A stretch of 64,000 bases of DNA from an uncultured Clostridia bacterium (GCA_964453645.1 CAYVRJ010000002.1:25583-89582), one strand, 5' to 3'; positions 17,117-26,911 are shown, numbered from the stretch's first letter. The notes: generated from the letters alone by a model not told the origin. Made by a program: numbers and translations.

Positions 17117-17899
17117 ATGACAGTTTTTCGATTTGAATTCAAGGAGCAGTTCAAGAGCTTTTTTATATGGACGATAAGTCTCGTGTGTCTTTTATTGCTG
17201 TTTATGGTTGCGATTTATCCCGTTTTTAGAGATAGTATCGACGACATGATACGGGTGCTCAGTGGTTTTCCGCCGGAATTTGCTGCTGCTTTTGGCTTTG
17301 ATTTGACAAGTATGTTCAACTTTGGCGGCTTCTATAGTGTTGGCTTTAGCTACATCTCTCTCATTGGTGCGATCATGGCAGTATCGCTGGCAGTTTCGTC
17401 CTTTGCCCGGGAAAAGCGTTCAAAATGTGTTGATTTTCTACTCGCCAAGCCAATTTCTAGGCAATCGATATTTGTTCAAAAGCTGTTGTCTGGGTTTTGC
17501 ATTTTAATCGCAGCGAATGTGCTATATGTGTCTGTGGCAATCATTTTAGGTACTGCTAACGACACAGCCATGCTACTCCCGGCACTTTCGCTATTTTTTA
17601 CACAGCTTGTGTTTTATGCCTTGGGGGTGTTCTTTGCCACATTTGCAAAAAAGATTCGCTCGGTTTCGGGTGTTGCCACAGCGTTTGGTTTTGGTGCATT
17701 TGTATTATCAGCCCTTGTAAACATTTTTGAAGAAGAGTTCATTCGCTTTATCGCACCGCTCAAATACTTCGACCCAACGGCAATTTTCTCCAGCGGTGGT
17801 CTGGAAGGGCAATTCGCTTTAACAGGTGCTTTGGTGTTTGTTCTTTGCCTTGGTTTGGCTTTTACGCGATTTATAAAGAGCGACGCCCATGCGGTTTAG
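17117..17899 (+). CDS. ABC-2-type permease (cassette 1, subunit A)
   Basis: GGAGGGAGGG RBS. Six predicted TM helices. Follows the ATPase directly. Confidence 0.75.
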   Translation: MTVFRFEFKEQFKSFFIWTISLVCLLLLFMVAIYPVFRDSIDDMIRVLSGFPPEFAAAFGFDLTSMFNFGGFYSVGFSYISLIGAIMAVSLAVSSFAREKRSKCVDFLLAKPISRQSIFVQKLLSGFCILIAANVLYVSVAIILGTANDTAMLLPALSLFFTQLVFYALGVFFATFAKKIRSVSGVATAFGFGAFVLSALVNIFEEEFIRFIAPLKYFDPTAIFSSGGLEGQFALTGALVFVLCLGLAFTRFIKSDAHAV

Positions 17900-17910
17900 G
17901 AGGTAAGCTT

Positions 17911-18711
17911 ATGAATATATTAAAACGTGAACTAAAGGCAGGTCTTAAGCCGTTTCTCTTTTGGACGATTGGACTGTTTGTCTTGGTGTTTGCCGGAATG
18001 ACTAAATTCACAGGGCTTGATGCGGGTGGTACCTCGGTAGGCGAACTGATCGCCAGCTTCCCCCGTATCGTGCAGGCGGTACTGGGAATTGTGGGTATTA
18101 ACATCGAAACGCTGGGCGGATACTATGCAATCCTCATGTATTTCGCTATGATTTGTATCGCAATCTACAGCATATCTTTGGGCGCAAATGCACTCAACCG
18201 CGAAGCAGTAGACAAAACGTACGAGTTTGTTTTCACCAAACCACGATCTCGCAATACAATTCTATCCATGAAGCTGCTGGCGGGGTTTATTTACCTATTC
18301 GTATTTAGCTTATTGAGCTACATTTTTTCAACAGCAGCAGTTTCTACATTAAATCTCAAAGAAACTATTGACGCTGAGATGCTGTTGTTTTCCGTTGCAC
18401 TATTTTTGGTGGGTCTGCTGTTTTTCTGCCTTTCTGCACTCATTGCAGCCAACAGCAAGCGTGCGGAGAAAGGTTTTCTCTATGGAAATCTCTGCTTCGT
18501 ATTTGCCTTTGTGATCGGCATAACCTATGATATGCTGGAAAACGGAGGGTTGCTGCGGGTATTCTCTCCCCTTAAATACTTCAGCCCAGCAGAACTTTTG
18601 AACAGTCAATTCAATATTAGCTATCTCATACTAACGCTTGTTTTATGCTCTTTGTGCGCATTGGGTGCATTTTATAAGTTTAATAAGAAAGACTTGCAGT
18701 CAGCGATTTAA
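17911..18711 (+). CDS. ABC-2-type permease (cassette 1, subunit B)
   Basis: AGGAGG RBS. Polytopic, with the same architecture as the preceding permease. Confidence 0.75.
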   Translation: MNILKRELKAGLKPFLFWTIGLFVLVFAGMTKFTGLDAGGTSVGELIASFPRIVQAVLGIVGINIETLGGYYAILMYFAMICIAIYSISLGANALNREAVDKTYEFVFTKPRSRNTILSMKLLAGFIYLFVFSLLSYIFSTAAVSTLNLKETIDAEMLLFSVALFLVGLLFFCLSALIAANSKRAEKGFLYGNLCFVFAFVIGITYDMLENGGLLRVFSPLKYFSPAELLNSQFNISYLILTLVLCSLCALGAFYKFNKKDLQSAI

Positions 18712-18741
18712 ATGAACAATTGGGTACTTCTGGGGGGTAGT

Positions 18742-19572
18742 ATGGCCAAAATTACATTAAAAAATGAGATGGAGACATTGCTGATCACGCTTTACTCCAA
18801 AGCAGTAATGAGTGAAACAAATCAGATTATAATCGACAAAAAGGCCGAAGAAGTAATCAAAATGATTGATTACGACTTTAAAAAGTTAGGTGTCAACAAA
18901 AAAACACAGGTCTTTATGGCCCTTAGAAGTGTCATGATCGATGGGTTTGTGCAGGAATATTTGCGAGAAAATCCCCATGCTCTTGTCCTCCATTTGGGCT
19001 GTGGACTTGATTTTCGGCAGGAGAGAATCGATGCAAAAAATATCCATTGGTATGATCTGGATTATCCTCAGGTCATCCAGTTAAAGCGGCAGTTTTGCAA
19101 GGAAAGTGAACACTATCGATTCATTGCATCATCGGTCAACGATCTCAAATGGCTTGAAAGCGTTGAATACAGCCCGCAGAACGTCCTTGTCATTGCCGAG
19201 GGGCTGACCATGTATCTTTCGGCAGAGGAAATAGAGGGTTTGATCACTTCGCTCAACCACAAGTTCAACAATATAACGTATATCTTTGATGTATATTCAG
19301 AACTTTCAGTAAAGCTTACGAAAAACAAATGGAACAATCTGCTCAACAGGACGGGTGCACAGATCAAATGGGGTATCGACGATCCAAAAGAGTTAGAACA
19401 CCTTGGGATTCAATACTTAAAAACGCTGTACTTAAACGACAGCAGTTTTGTAAAGACAATTAAAAGCAGATACTTTCGCTTTATGTTTAAGCTGACGATG
19501 AAATCAAAGATTGTTAATCGCGCCATGTGTATACTGGTTTTCAAAAAGGGAGGGGCAAATGAATCCGTTTAG
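18742..19572 (+). CDS. Class I SAM-dependent methyltransferase (LCM/TcmP-like O-methyltransferase family)
   Basis: LHLGCGLD SAM-binding motif. N-terminal region resembles the TLLITLYSKA type. The ATG at 18742 follows a G-rich RBS. Confidence 0.65.
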   Translation: MAKITLKNEMETLLITLYSKAVMSETNQIIIDKKAEEVIKMIDYDFKKLGVNKKTQVFMALRSVMIDGFVQEYLRENPHALVLHLGCGLDFRQERIDAKNIHWYDLDYPQVIQLKRQFCKESEHYRFIASSVNDLKWLESVEYSPQNVLVIAEGLTMYLSAEEIEGLITSLNHKFNNITYIFDVYSELSVKLTKNKWNNLLNRTGAQIKWGIDDPKELEHLGIQYLKTLYLNDSSFVKTIKSRYFRFMFKLTMKSKIVNRAMCILVFKKGGANESV

Positions 19573-20410
19573 CAAACAAAAAGATTTTTGGGAAAGCGCT
19601 ATAAACCTTCGTCGCTCAGTGCGCAGCTATCAGGACAAAAGGCTGACCGATGAGAATATGCAAGCTTTAAGGACGTTTACCGATAATCTGAACATACCGT
19701 TTTTACAACCTGTAGAATTGAAATATTTCAAAGCTGACCCTACCCGTGCGCTTGCTAATAACCTGCGCAATCCGCCTCCCGACAATATAGCGTTTATTGC
19801 CGATACCGATTTATTATCGGTGGCGTCGGTGGGTTTTGTGGGGGAAATTGTAATTCTCTACGCCACAGGGTTTGGAATCTCCACCTGTTGGTTTGGGCAT
19901 TATCTGCTGCCCGTGGTTGAGCGCTTGCTGCTTCTCTCTAAACAGCCGAATGAAAAGAGTCCAAAATACGGTTACGGCAAGGGTGAACTCGTGGGCAAAC
20001 GAGCGATTTGCATAACACCTCTGGGTTACTTAAACGAGGAAAAGCGAAAAATATTAGACCGTATCACAGAACATATGATGAGCTATAAACGCAAGCCGTT
20101 AAATGAAAGGCTTAAAAACGGTGTGACCGAGGATCAATTGCCAAAAGAGATGGCCCATGCATTCAATCTTGCCATCAAAGCACCATCGGCCGCCAACACG
20201 CAACATTGGGAGTTTGACATTTCTTCCGATTACAAGACGGTGAAAATTGCACTGCCTGTGGGATATAAGCATCTAAAATGGGAGCATCCCGATGTTTGCG
20301 TTGGTGCATGCGCAGCTCATTTTTGGATTGCTATGCAAATGCAAGAGGTACCTTTAGAGGTTTCGCTTTATGCGGAGCAGGGCAGGGCAGTTTGGGAATT
20401 CAAACTGTAA
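19559..20410 (+). CDS. Nitroreductase-family protein (long form)
   Basis: RRSVRSY near the N-terminus and APSAANTQHWEF about 190 aa later. GGGAGGGG RBS. Overlaps the methyltransferase stop by 14 nt. Confidence 0.65.
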   Translation: MNPFSKQKDFWESAINLRRSVRSYQDKRLTDENMQALRTFTDNLNIPFLQPVELKYFKADPTRALANNLRNPPPDNIAFIADTDLLSVASVGFVGEIVILYATGFGISTCWFGHYLLPVVERLLLLSKQPNEKSPKYGYGKGELVGKRAICITPLGYLNEEKRKILDRITEHMMSYKRKPLNERLKNGVTEDQLPKEMAHAFNLAIKAPSAANTQHWEFDISSDYKTVKIALPVGYKHLKWEHPDVCVGACAAHFWIAMQMQEVPLEVSLYAEQGRAVWEFKL

Positions 20411-20438
20411 GTATGTATAGTTTAGTGAGGAAAACAAT

Positions 20439-21320
20439 ATGAGCAGTATAATCCAACTCAATCATTTGACTAAGTTTTACGGCAAGCAACGGGGAATCGA
20501 AGATGTTACATTGAGCGTTGAGCAGGGCGAAATCTTTGGCTTTATCGGCCCAAATGGTGCGGGAAAATCCACAACCATTCGTACCCTGCTATCACTCTTT
20601 GAACCAACAAGCGGCAGCGCAAGGGTTTTTGGCAAGGACTGCGTAAAAGAGGCTTCGGTCATTGCAAAAGACGTAGGGTATGTCCCCAGCGAAGCTGCCT
20701 ATTATGACAATATGAAAGTTGGTGAACTTCTAAACTATACGGCTGCGCTATACAAGAAGGATTGCAAACAAAAAGCCGATGAACTGTGTGCAAGGCTGTC
20801 CCTGGACCCAAAGCGCAAGATTGCAGATTTATCGTTTGGCAACAAAAAGAAAGTTGGGATCGTATCGGCGCTGATGCATTCGCCCAGGCTCATTATCCTA
20901 GACGAACCCACGGCCGGACTTGATCCGCTGATACAGCAGACATTCTTTGAGATACTCAGCGAGGAAAATAAGTCTGGTGCCACAATATTTTTCTCGTCCC
21001 ATATATTAAGTGAAGTGCAGAAGTTCTGCGGGCGTGTAGGCATTTTAAAAGAAGGTAAGCTGATTGGCATTCAATCGATCAAGGAGCTGCGGGAAAACGG
21101 TTACAAAAAAGTGTCGGTCACGGCGAAAAGAACCATACCCGAGGATTATTTCAAAGAGAGCAGCATCGTGGAGTTAAAGCAGGAGGGCGATACCGCTTCG
21201 TTTATGTATCGGGGTGATGTGGAAACACTGTTCCAGAGGCTATCTGCGCTACAGCTTGCCGATGCGTTTGTGGAGGAACCCACGTTAGAGGAGATATTCC
21301 TCCACTACTACGAGAGTTGA
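20439..21320 (+). CDS. ABC transporter ATP-binding protein (cassette 2, paralogue of 16216-17088)
   Basis: Collinear with cassette 1 along its whole length, with identical blocks GEIFGFIGPNGAGKSTTIRTLLSL and LIILDEPT.GLDP. Confidence 0.9.
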   Translation: MSSIIQLNHLTKFYGKQRGIEDVTLSVEQGEIFGFIGPNGAGKSTTIRTLLSLFEPTSGSARVFGKDCVKEASVIAKDVGYVPSEAAYYDNMKVGELLNYTAALYKKDCKQKADELCARLSLDPKRKIADLSFGNKKKVGIVSALMHSPRLIILDEPTAGLDPLIQQTFFEILSEENKSGATIFFSSHILSEVQKFCGRVGILKEGKLIGIQSIKELRENGYKKVSVTAKRTIPEDYFKESSIVELKQEGDTASFMYRGDVETLFQRLSALQLADAFVEEPTLEEIFLHYYES

Positions 21321-21329
21321 GGTGGTATT

Positions 21330-22115
21330 ATGGCCGTTTTTAAATACGAGCTCAGGCAAATACGCAGTTATACCATCTGGTGGGCAGTGACCTGCGCAGT
21401 GGCTATTTATGCCATGCTACCCACCTATGCGAGTATGCTTTCCAGTGCAGCAAATATAGAGACAATAGGGCTTAGCGGCATTTTTGATTTGCTTGGGGTT
21501 GACCCAACTTATATCGGTCAACCCATTGGCGTGTTCGGCTTCTTAAACGCTTTCTTCTCCATTGCTGCAGGGATCAGCGGCATGTTTTTAGGCCTGAAAA
21601 CTTTTACAAAGGAAACCATCGGTCGCAGTGCGGAATTCATCTACACCAAACCCGTAAGCCGTGGTTTTGTATATTTAGCCAAAGTAAAGGCAGGGTTTGT
21701 AGCTTCGCTGATCATCGGCATGGCTTACTTTTTGGGTTCACTCGCTGCTGTACAGGGTTTTGCTAATATGGATGTGCCGAACTTTATCCTAATAACTTTG
21801 TCGTTTACGCTGATTGAGGTGTTCTTCCTGCTCTTTGGCGCAATGATCGGTGTGCTCATACCTAAGATCAGAACACCACTTTTATTAAGTGCAGGTGTAG
21901 TATTTGTTTTTTACGTCTTTTCTGCATTTGCCAGCAAAGTTGGCGCAAGTGCCATTCAATATCTAACGCCCTTTTCGTATTTTGGTGCCAGCAAAATCAT
22001 TCACTCTGGCGGCTACGATTTGGGTTATATGACGGCATATGTTTTATTTTTCCTCTTATTTTTGGCAATTGGATATATGACCTTCCGAAAAAAAGATATT
22101 ACGCTCATATCGTGA
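21330..22115 (+). CDS. ABC-2-type permease (cassette 2, subunit A)
   Basis: Polytopic. Same position and size as 17117-17899. Confidence 0.75.
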   Translation: MAVFKYELRQIRSYTIWWAVTCAVAIYAMLPTYASMLSSAANIETIGLSGIFDLLGVDPTYIGQPIGVFGFLNAFFSIAAGISGMFLGLKTFTKETIGRSAEFIYTKPVSRGFVYLAKVKAGFVASLIIGMAYFLGSLAAVQGFANMDVPNFILITLSFTLIEVFFLLFGAMIGVLIPKIRTPLLLSAGVVFVFYVFSAFASKVGASAIQYLTPFSYFGASKIIHSGGYDLGYMTAYVLFFLLFLAIGYMTFRKKDITLIS

Positions 22116-22123
22116 GGTGAGAG

Positions 22124-22918
22124 ATGGGAACGATTCTTAGAAATGAAATCAAGCGAACGCGCAAGGGGTTGTTTATCTGGTGCCTGATCACAGGGCTCAT
22201 CGCCTATCTGGGTATACTGGAATACCCTGTGCTTGCTCCTTTTACAGCCGAACTTGAAAAGGCACTGGCTATGATTCCGAAGATCGGACAGTTGGCATTC
22301 GGCGTGTATAATGTGAATCTTGGCGACAGCATCGGTTACTATATTGTGATGTATTACTGGACGGGGTTGATCGTTTTTACCCACGCCATCTATACCGGTG
22401 TTTCGATGATTATGAAAGAACAGCGTGACAGAACCTCGGAGTTTCTATATACCAAGCCTATCACCCGGAGAGAGATCACAACGGCAAAACTGCTTGCGGG
22501 TTTTTTCAATATCTTCGTCATGGGTTTTGTGACGGTTGTGCTGTCTCTGATTGGTATGGTTCAAGCAACGGGGGACACTTCGCTTGTTCATGCTGTATTG
22601 CTTTCGGGTATTGGATTGTTTCTCACACAGATCGTGCTGGTGTCGCTGGGGTTTTTGTGCAGTGCACTGTTTAAAACGTATAAAGGCGGAACTAGAGTTG
22701 CCATTCTGGTGCTGCTCGCAAGCTATTGCTTAATGTTTGTAGTACAGTATTACGATCTTTCATCACTCAATTTCTTGTCACCCCTGACCTATTTCAGCGT
22801 CTATGATACCACTGCATGGGGGTTGAACCCCATCAATATCCTGCTTGCGGCAGTGGTAACGGTGGTTTGCGTTATACTCACTGATCGCATTTACCGTAAA
22901 AAAACCATGGTGTCGTAA
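22124..22918 (+). CDS. ABC-2-type permease (cassette 2, subunit B)
   Basis: Polytopic. Same position and size as 17911-18711. Confidence 0.75.
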   Translation: MGTILRNEIKRTRKGLFIWCLITGLIAYLGILEYPVLAPFTAELEKALAMIPKIGQLAFGVYNVNLGDSIGYYIVMYYWTGLIVFTHAIYTGVSMIMKEQRDRTSEFLYTKPITRREITTAKLLAGFFNIFVMGFVTVVLSLIGMVQATGDTSLVHAVLLSGIGLFLTQIVLVSLGFLCSALFKTYKGGTRVAILVLLASYCLMFVVQYYDLSSLNFLSPLTYFSVYDTTAWGLNPINILLAAVVTVVCVILTDRIYRKKTMVS

Positions 22919-22941
22919 TTAGAATTAAACAAATAATATAC

Positions 22942-23577
22942 TTATTGGCAAAGTCTTTGCCCAAGTAAAAAAGCCTTTTCACAGTCTTTCGGGAATATTT
23001 CTTCCCGTCTTTTTTTTCGCTTATCACCATTAAAAATGGTTATAGCGTATTTATCGTAATCATCGAATTGATATGTGGATGTCACAACAAGGGACTCCGA
23101 CGCTCCAAATACCCTTTTTAGTTGTTTTTTATAATACCCAAACCGTTTGTTATAACCTACCAAGGGCAGGGCAAAGGATGGTACATTCATTGTGTAAATA
23201 AACGCAGTTTTTATTTTCTTTCCAAAAGTTGAGGGTTTTAATTCGTAAGAGCAATATGGAAAGAGCAACCGTTCCAAAAACGAACTCATCTCGCCCGTAA
23301 GGGAGGCAAAATAGATGGGGGAGCCTAACACAAGTGCATCACATGTACAGATTTTTTGCAAGATGGGTGTTAAGTCGTCCTTCATGGCACATTGACTGAG
23401 TGCAGCACCTTTTCGTTTGCATGCAAAGCAGCTAATGCATCCCTTAAAGTTCATGTCGTAGAGATGAACGAGTTCGGTCTCGGCTCCAGCTTCTTTTGCA
23501 CCTTCAAGACATTTGTTCAAAAGAATATGTGTATTCCAATCCTTCCGGGGGCTTCCGTTTACGGCGATAACTTTCAT
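22942..23577 (-). CDS. Flavodoxin-like NAD(P)H-dependent FMN reductase / iron-sulfur flavoprotein
   Basis: MKVIAVNGSPRK...CISCFACK pattern. Confidence 0.75.
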   Translation of the reverse strand: MKVIAVNGSPRKDWNTHILLNKCLEGAKEAGAETELVHLYDMNFKGCISCFACKRKGAALSQCAMKDDLTPILQKICTCDALVLGSPIYFASLTGEMSSFLERLLFPYCSYELKPSTFGKKIKTAFIYTMNVPSFALPLVGYNKRFGYYKKQLKRVFGASESLVVTSTYQFDDYDKYAITIFNGDKRKKRREEIFPKDCEKAFLLGQRLCQ

Positions 23578-23716
23578 GAACGCACCTCATATAACATATA
23601 GATATCAAATTTAAAGACTAAACCCCATGATAACACAATAACCCCCTTTTGTCTGCTTATTTTTGTGAAAGGAAGGTTGGACTTCATTTAAGTTAGTCAA
23701 ATAGAGGATACGTTTT

Positions 23717-23908
23717 TTAAAGTTTTTTTGGAGCCTTTTTAACAAAAGCTAAACATTCCGCTCCCGAAGAGCGAAACACGGTTGCAGAAGGGATTTCTGC
23801 GGATTTGAATCCATGAAACTTGCACGATTTTGGATATGTGTTGTTCCATGTGATCTCAAAATAAATGCACTTAAAACAGTCGACTCTGGTACTCTCATTT
23901 TCATTCAT
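23717..23908 (-). CDS. Small Cys-containing hypothetical protein (63 aa)
   Basis: GGAGGG RBS precedes the ATG at 23908. CFKC...C..H motif. Its own extended -10 (TGgTATACT) lies upstream. Confidence 0.45.
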   Translation of the reverse strand: MNENESTRVDCFKCIYFEITWNNTYPKSCKFHGFKSAEIPSATVFRSSGAECLAFVKKAPKKL

Positions 23909-23997
23909 AAAATAATCCCTCCACAACTCTAGTATACCAAAAATCCGTAGATTTTTCCATATGATAAATTACAAGCAAAAGGAATCAACACCCAAAC

Positions 23998-24026
23998 TTG
24001 ACAGCAACATCTGCCTGTGTTAAATT
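23998..24026 (+). promoter_or_regulatory. Orphan sigma-A-like promoter
   Basis: TTGACA at 23998-24003, 17-nt spacer, extended -10 TGtTAAATT at 24018-24026. No plus-strand CDS follows. Confidence 0.4.
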
Positions 24027-24032
24027 GTAACA

Positions 24033-24140
24033 AGATGATTTTTTCCATATCAATGCTGCATTTGCACTGCGTTGTGGTTAAGAATAGCTAATAAAAAACG
24101 TTGCCGGAGTATACTTTAGAAACTTCGGCAACGCTTTTTT
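24033..24140 (+). ncRNA. Candidate ~110-nt small RNA (promoter-to-terminator unit)
   Basis: This is the interval between the orphan promoter and the intrinsic terminator at 24099-24140. It contains no credible ORF or RBS. The call rests only on these signals. Confidence 0.25.
24099..24140. terminator. Bidirectional intrinsic terminator
   Basis: Stem CGTTGCCGGAG/CTTCGGCAACG is flanked by an A-run (24093-24098) and a T-run (24135-24140). It serves the Ca-ATPase gene on the minus strand. Confidence 0.75.
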
Positions 24141-24157
24141 AGATATGTTTTAAATTT

Positions 24158-26788
24158 TTATTTTTTTCTGCGCTGTATGAGTTTGACCACTTCCACAACG
24201 GGAATGATCAGGAAGCCCAAAGCAGCAGCAATTAAATATCCTATGAAACTCACTTGAGTGAACTCAAATGCATTGCGCAAGAACGGAACTTCCAAAACGA
24301 GAATGGTTGCCAAAAAACTGCCCAGTGCTGCAATGTTTAAGGTTTTGTTCATGCCCTTCATGGAGAGTAGGCTCAAACGATTGCTGCGCATATTGAAACT
24401 GTGGAAAATTTCAGCCATGGACATGGTCAAGAATGCCATGGTAATGCCGGTGGCGCTGTTGGAAATACTCCAGGTGCCAAATTCCATATAGTGTCCAACA
24501 AAGTAACTGGCCAAGGTGAACACCGCAACGGCAATACCCTGATAGGCAATATCCACACCCATTCCCCCCGAAAACATACCCTCGTTAGAAGACCTTGGCT
24601 TGCGCTGCATGAGATTCGCTTCGGCTTTTTCCATGCCCAGTGCCAGTGCGGGGAAGGTATCGGTGATTAAGTTGATCCACAGCAAGTGTACGGGTTTTAA
24701 AATTGTAAAGCCCAGCAGGGTTGCAACAAAGATACACAGCACCTCACTCATATTGGAGGCCAGCAGGAATTGTATGGTCTTTCGGATATTGTCATAAATC
24801 CTGCGACCTTCTTCTACGGCCGACACAATGGTTGCAAAGTTGTCGTCGGAGAGCACCATATCTGCCACATTTTTGGTTACATCCGTTCCCGTGATACCCA
24901 TGCCCACGCCAATATCCGCACTTTTAATGGAAGGCGCATCGTTCACGCCATCTCCCGTCATGGCCGTGATATATCCCGCTTTTTTCCACGCATTCACTAT
25001 GCGGGTCTTGTGCTCGGGCTGCACCCGGGCGTAGACGGATATGTTTTGAAACTCCTGTTCAAATGTTTCGTCACTCATGGCACTGAGCTGGGTGCCGGTG
25101 AGTGCATGTTGCCCCTCGGATAAAATATTGAGTTCGTTGGCGATGGCAACGGCAGTATCCACGTGGTCGCCAGTGATCATGATGGGGCGTATGCCTGCAC
25201 TCCTGCACTTTAATATGGCATCCTTCACTTCGGGGCGCACAGGGTCGATCATGCCACACAACCCAACAAAACAAAGGTTTTGTTCCAAATGGTTTGGCTC
25301 AATGGGCTGAGGTATATCATCGTATGTTCGCTGTGCTGCGGCCAGCACCCGGAGGGCACGATCAGCCATGTTTTTGTTTGCAGCAAGGATTGCTTTTCGA
25401 TCCTCGTCACTTAAAGGCACAACTGTGCCGTTTTGCAGTTTGTGGGTACACTGCTTTAACACCTCGTCGGGTGCACCTTTGGTGAATTGAATAAACTCAT
25501 TTTCCCTTTGGTGCACAGTAGACATCATCTTGCGATCGCTGTCGAAGGGCGCTTCGGCGACCCGAGGCAGTTCATTCTTTAAATCATACTTTTTGTGGGA
25601 TAGTTTTGCTGCCCAAGTGATCAGCGCTGCTTCAGTGGGTTCACCGGTAACGGTGCCGTCTTGGGCGAGTTCGGCGTCTGAGCACAGAGCCATGGCTTTG
25701 GCTGTCAAACGTTCATCTTCTCCAAAATTCTCCACAACGGTCATTTTATTTTGGGTGAGGGTACCCGTCTTATCCGAACAGATAATTTGTGCACAACCCA
25801 GCGTTTCAACGGCAGTTAACCGGCGAATGATGGCGTTGCGCTTGGACATATTTGTCACGCCAATGGATAATACCACGGTGACAACGGCAGCAAGCCCTTC
25901 GGGGATAGCGGCAACGGCCAAGGATACAGCAATCATAAAGGAATCGATGACTACATGGGCATTCAGCCCTCCAGCGCGAATGAGTTGCACCCCAAAGATC
26001 ACGGCACAAATGCCAAGCACCAGCCAAGTTAGAGTTTTGGACAGTTTGTGCAGTTTCATTTGCAGCGGAGTCTTACCCTGTTGGGCGTTTGCAAGGGCGT
26101 GGGCGATCTTACCCATTTCGGTGCCCATACCCGTTCCGGTAACAGCCATGACGCCACGGCCATACACCACGGTGGAACCCATATACGCCATATTTTTGCG
26201 GTCACCCAATGGAATATCCTGAGATTCGTCGGACAAGTGCAACATGTCGATGAATTTGGTCACAGGAACACTTTCCCCGGTGAGCGCAGCTTCTTCAATT
26301 TTTAGGCTTGCACTCTCCAGCAACCGTCCGTCTGCGGGCACTGCATCTCCGGCTTCCAACAGCACCACATCTCCCACGACAATCTCTTCGCTTTTGAGTA
26401 CGGTGAGGTTCCCATCCCGGAGCACCTTGGAGGTTGCGGCAGACATTTTATTCAGCGCTTCAATGGCCTTTTCGGCCTTGCTCTCCTGATATACGCCCAA
26501 TACGGCATTTAATATGACAACCGTTAGAATGATGATAACATCGGCAAACCCTTCGTTTTCAAATACTGCCAGAAAACCGCTGACGAATGCGGCACTCAAA
26601 AGGATGAGGATCATTGGGTCGGTAAGTTGTTTTAAAAACCGCAAGAGCAGGGAATCCTTCTTAGCTTCGGCTAATTTATTCTTGCCGTCTTTTTGTAGCC
26701 TTTGCGCTGCTTCTTGAGAGGACAAACCATTTTTGCTGGTGCCGCTCTGCGTTAAAACTTGATCAATGTCTGATAAATACGCTTTCAT
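24158..26788 (-). CDS. Calcium-translocating P-type ATPase (PMCA/SERCA-like, P2 type)
   Basis: 876 aa. Motifs TGES, CSDKTGTLTQN, MITGDH and TGDGVNDAPS, with about 10 TM segments. Confidence 0.9.
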   Translation of the reverse strand: MKAYLSDIDQVLTQSGTSKNGLSSQEAAQRLQKDGKNKLAEAKKDSLLLRFLKQLTDPMILILLSAAFVSGFLAVFENEGFADVIIILTVVILNAVLGVYQESKAEKAIEALNKMSAATSKVLRDGNLTVLKSEEIVVGDVVLLEAGDAVPADGRLLESASLKIEEAALTGESVPVTKFIDMLHLSDESQDIPLGDRKNMAYMGSTVVYGRGVMAVTGTGMGTEMGKIAHALANAQQGKTPLQMKLHKLSKTLTWLVLGICAVIFGVQLIRAGGLNAHVVIDSFMIAVSLAVAAIPEGLAAVVTVVLSIGVTNMSKRNAIIRRLTAVETLGCAQIICSDKTGTLTQNKMTVVENFGEDERLTAKAMALCSDAELAQDGTVTGEPTEAALITWAAKLSHKKYDLKNELPRVAEAPFDSDRKMMSTVHQRENEFIQFTKGAPDEVLKQCTHKLQNGTVVPLSDEDRKAILAANKNMADRALRVLAAAQRTYDDIPQPIEPNHLEQNLCFVGLCGMIDPVRPEVKDAILKCRSAGIRPIMITGDHVDTAVAIANELNILSEGQHALTGTQLSAMSDETFEQEFQNISVYARVQPEHKTRIVNAWKKAGYITAMTGDGVNDAPSIKSADIGVGMGITGTDVTKNVADMVLSDDNFATIVSAVEEGRRIYDNIRKTIQFLLASNMSEVLCIFVATLLGFTILKPVHLLWINLITDTFPALALGMEKAEANLMQRKPRSSNEGMFSGGMGVDIAYQGIAVAVFTLASYFVGHYMEFGTWSISNSATGITMAFLTMSMAEIFHSFNMRSNRLSLLSMKGMNKTLNIAALGSFLATILVLEVPFLRNAFEFTQVSFIGYLIAAALGFLIIPVVEVVKLIQRRKK

Positions 26789-26860
26789 AACGCTCCTGTT
26801 TCATTTGTGTTTGATAAGTCTTGCTTCTTTAATATACCCAATTTTTTAAAAGTCAATAGG

Positions 26861-26889
26861 AGTATAGTAAAATGTAGCAACAGTGTCAA
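26861..26889 (-). promoter_or_regulatory. Sigma-A promoter of the ATPase gene
   Basis: On the minus strand, TTGACA is at 26889-26884, followed by a 17-nt spacer and TATACT at 26866-26861. Confidence 0.6.
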
Positions 26890-26911
26890 GTGAATTTTCC
26901 TTGACTATATT

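Noticed and set aside
23935-24048. 37-codon minus-strand ORF (MEKIILLQFNTGRCCCQVWVLIPFACNLSYGKIYGFLVY) in the 23.9-24.1 kb gap
   Set aside because: There is no recognisable RBS before its ATG. It runs across the promoter of the downstream small-protein gene. It is kept only as an alternative explanation in the sRNA finding.
25530-26222. 230-aa plus-strand ORF, with several shorter ones, inside the Ca-ATPase gene
   Set aside because: It is antisense to a confidently identified P-type ATPase. It has no RBS and a low-complexity Ser/Ala/Pro-rich translation typical of shadow ORFs.
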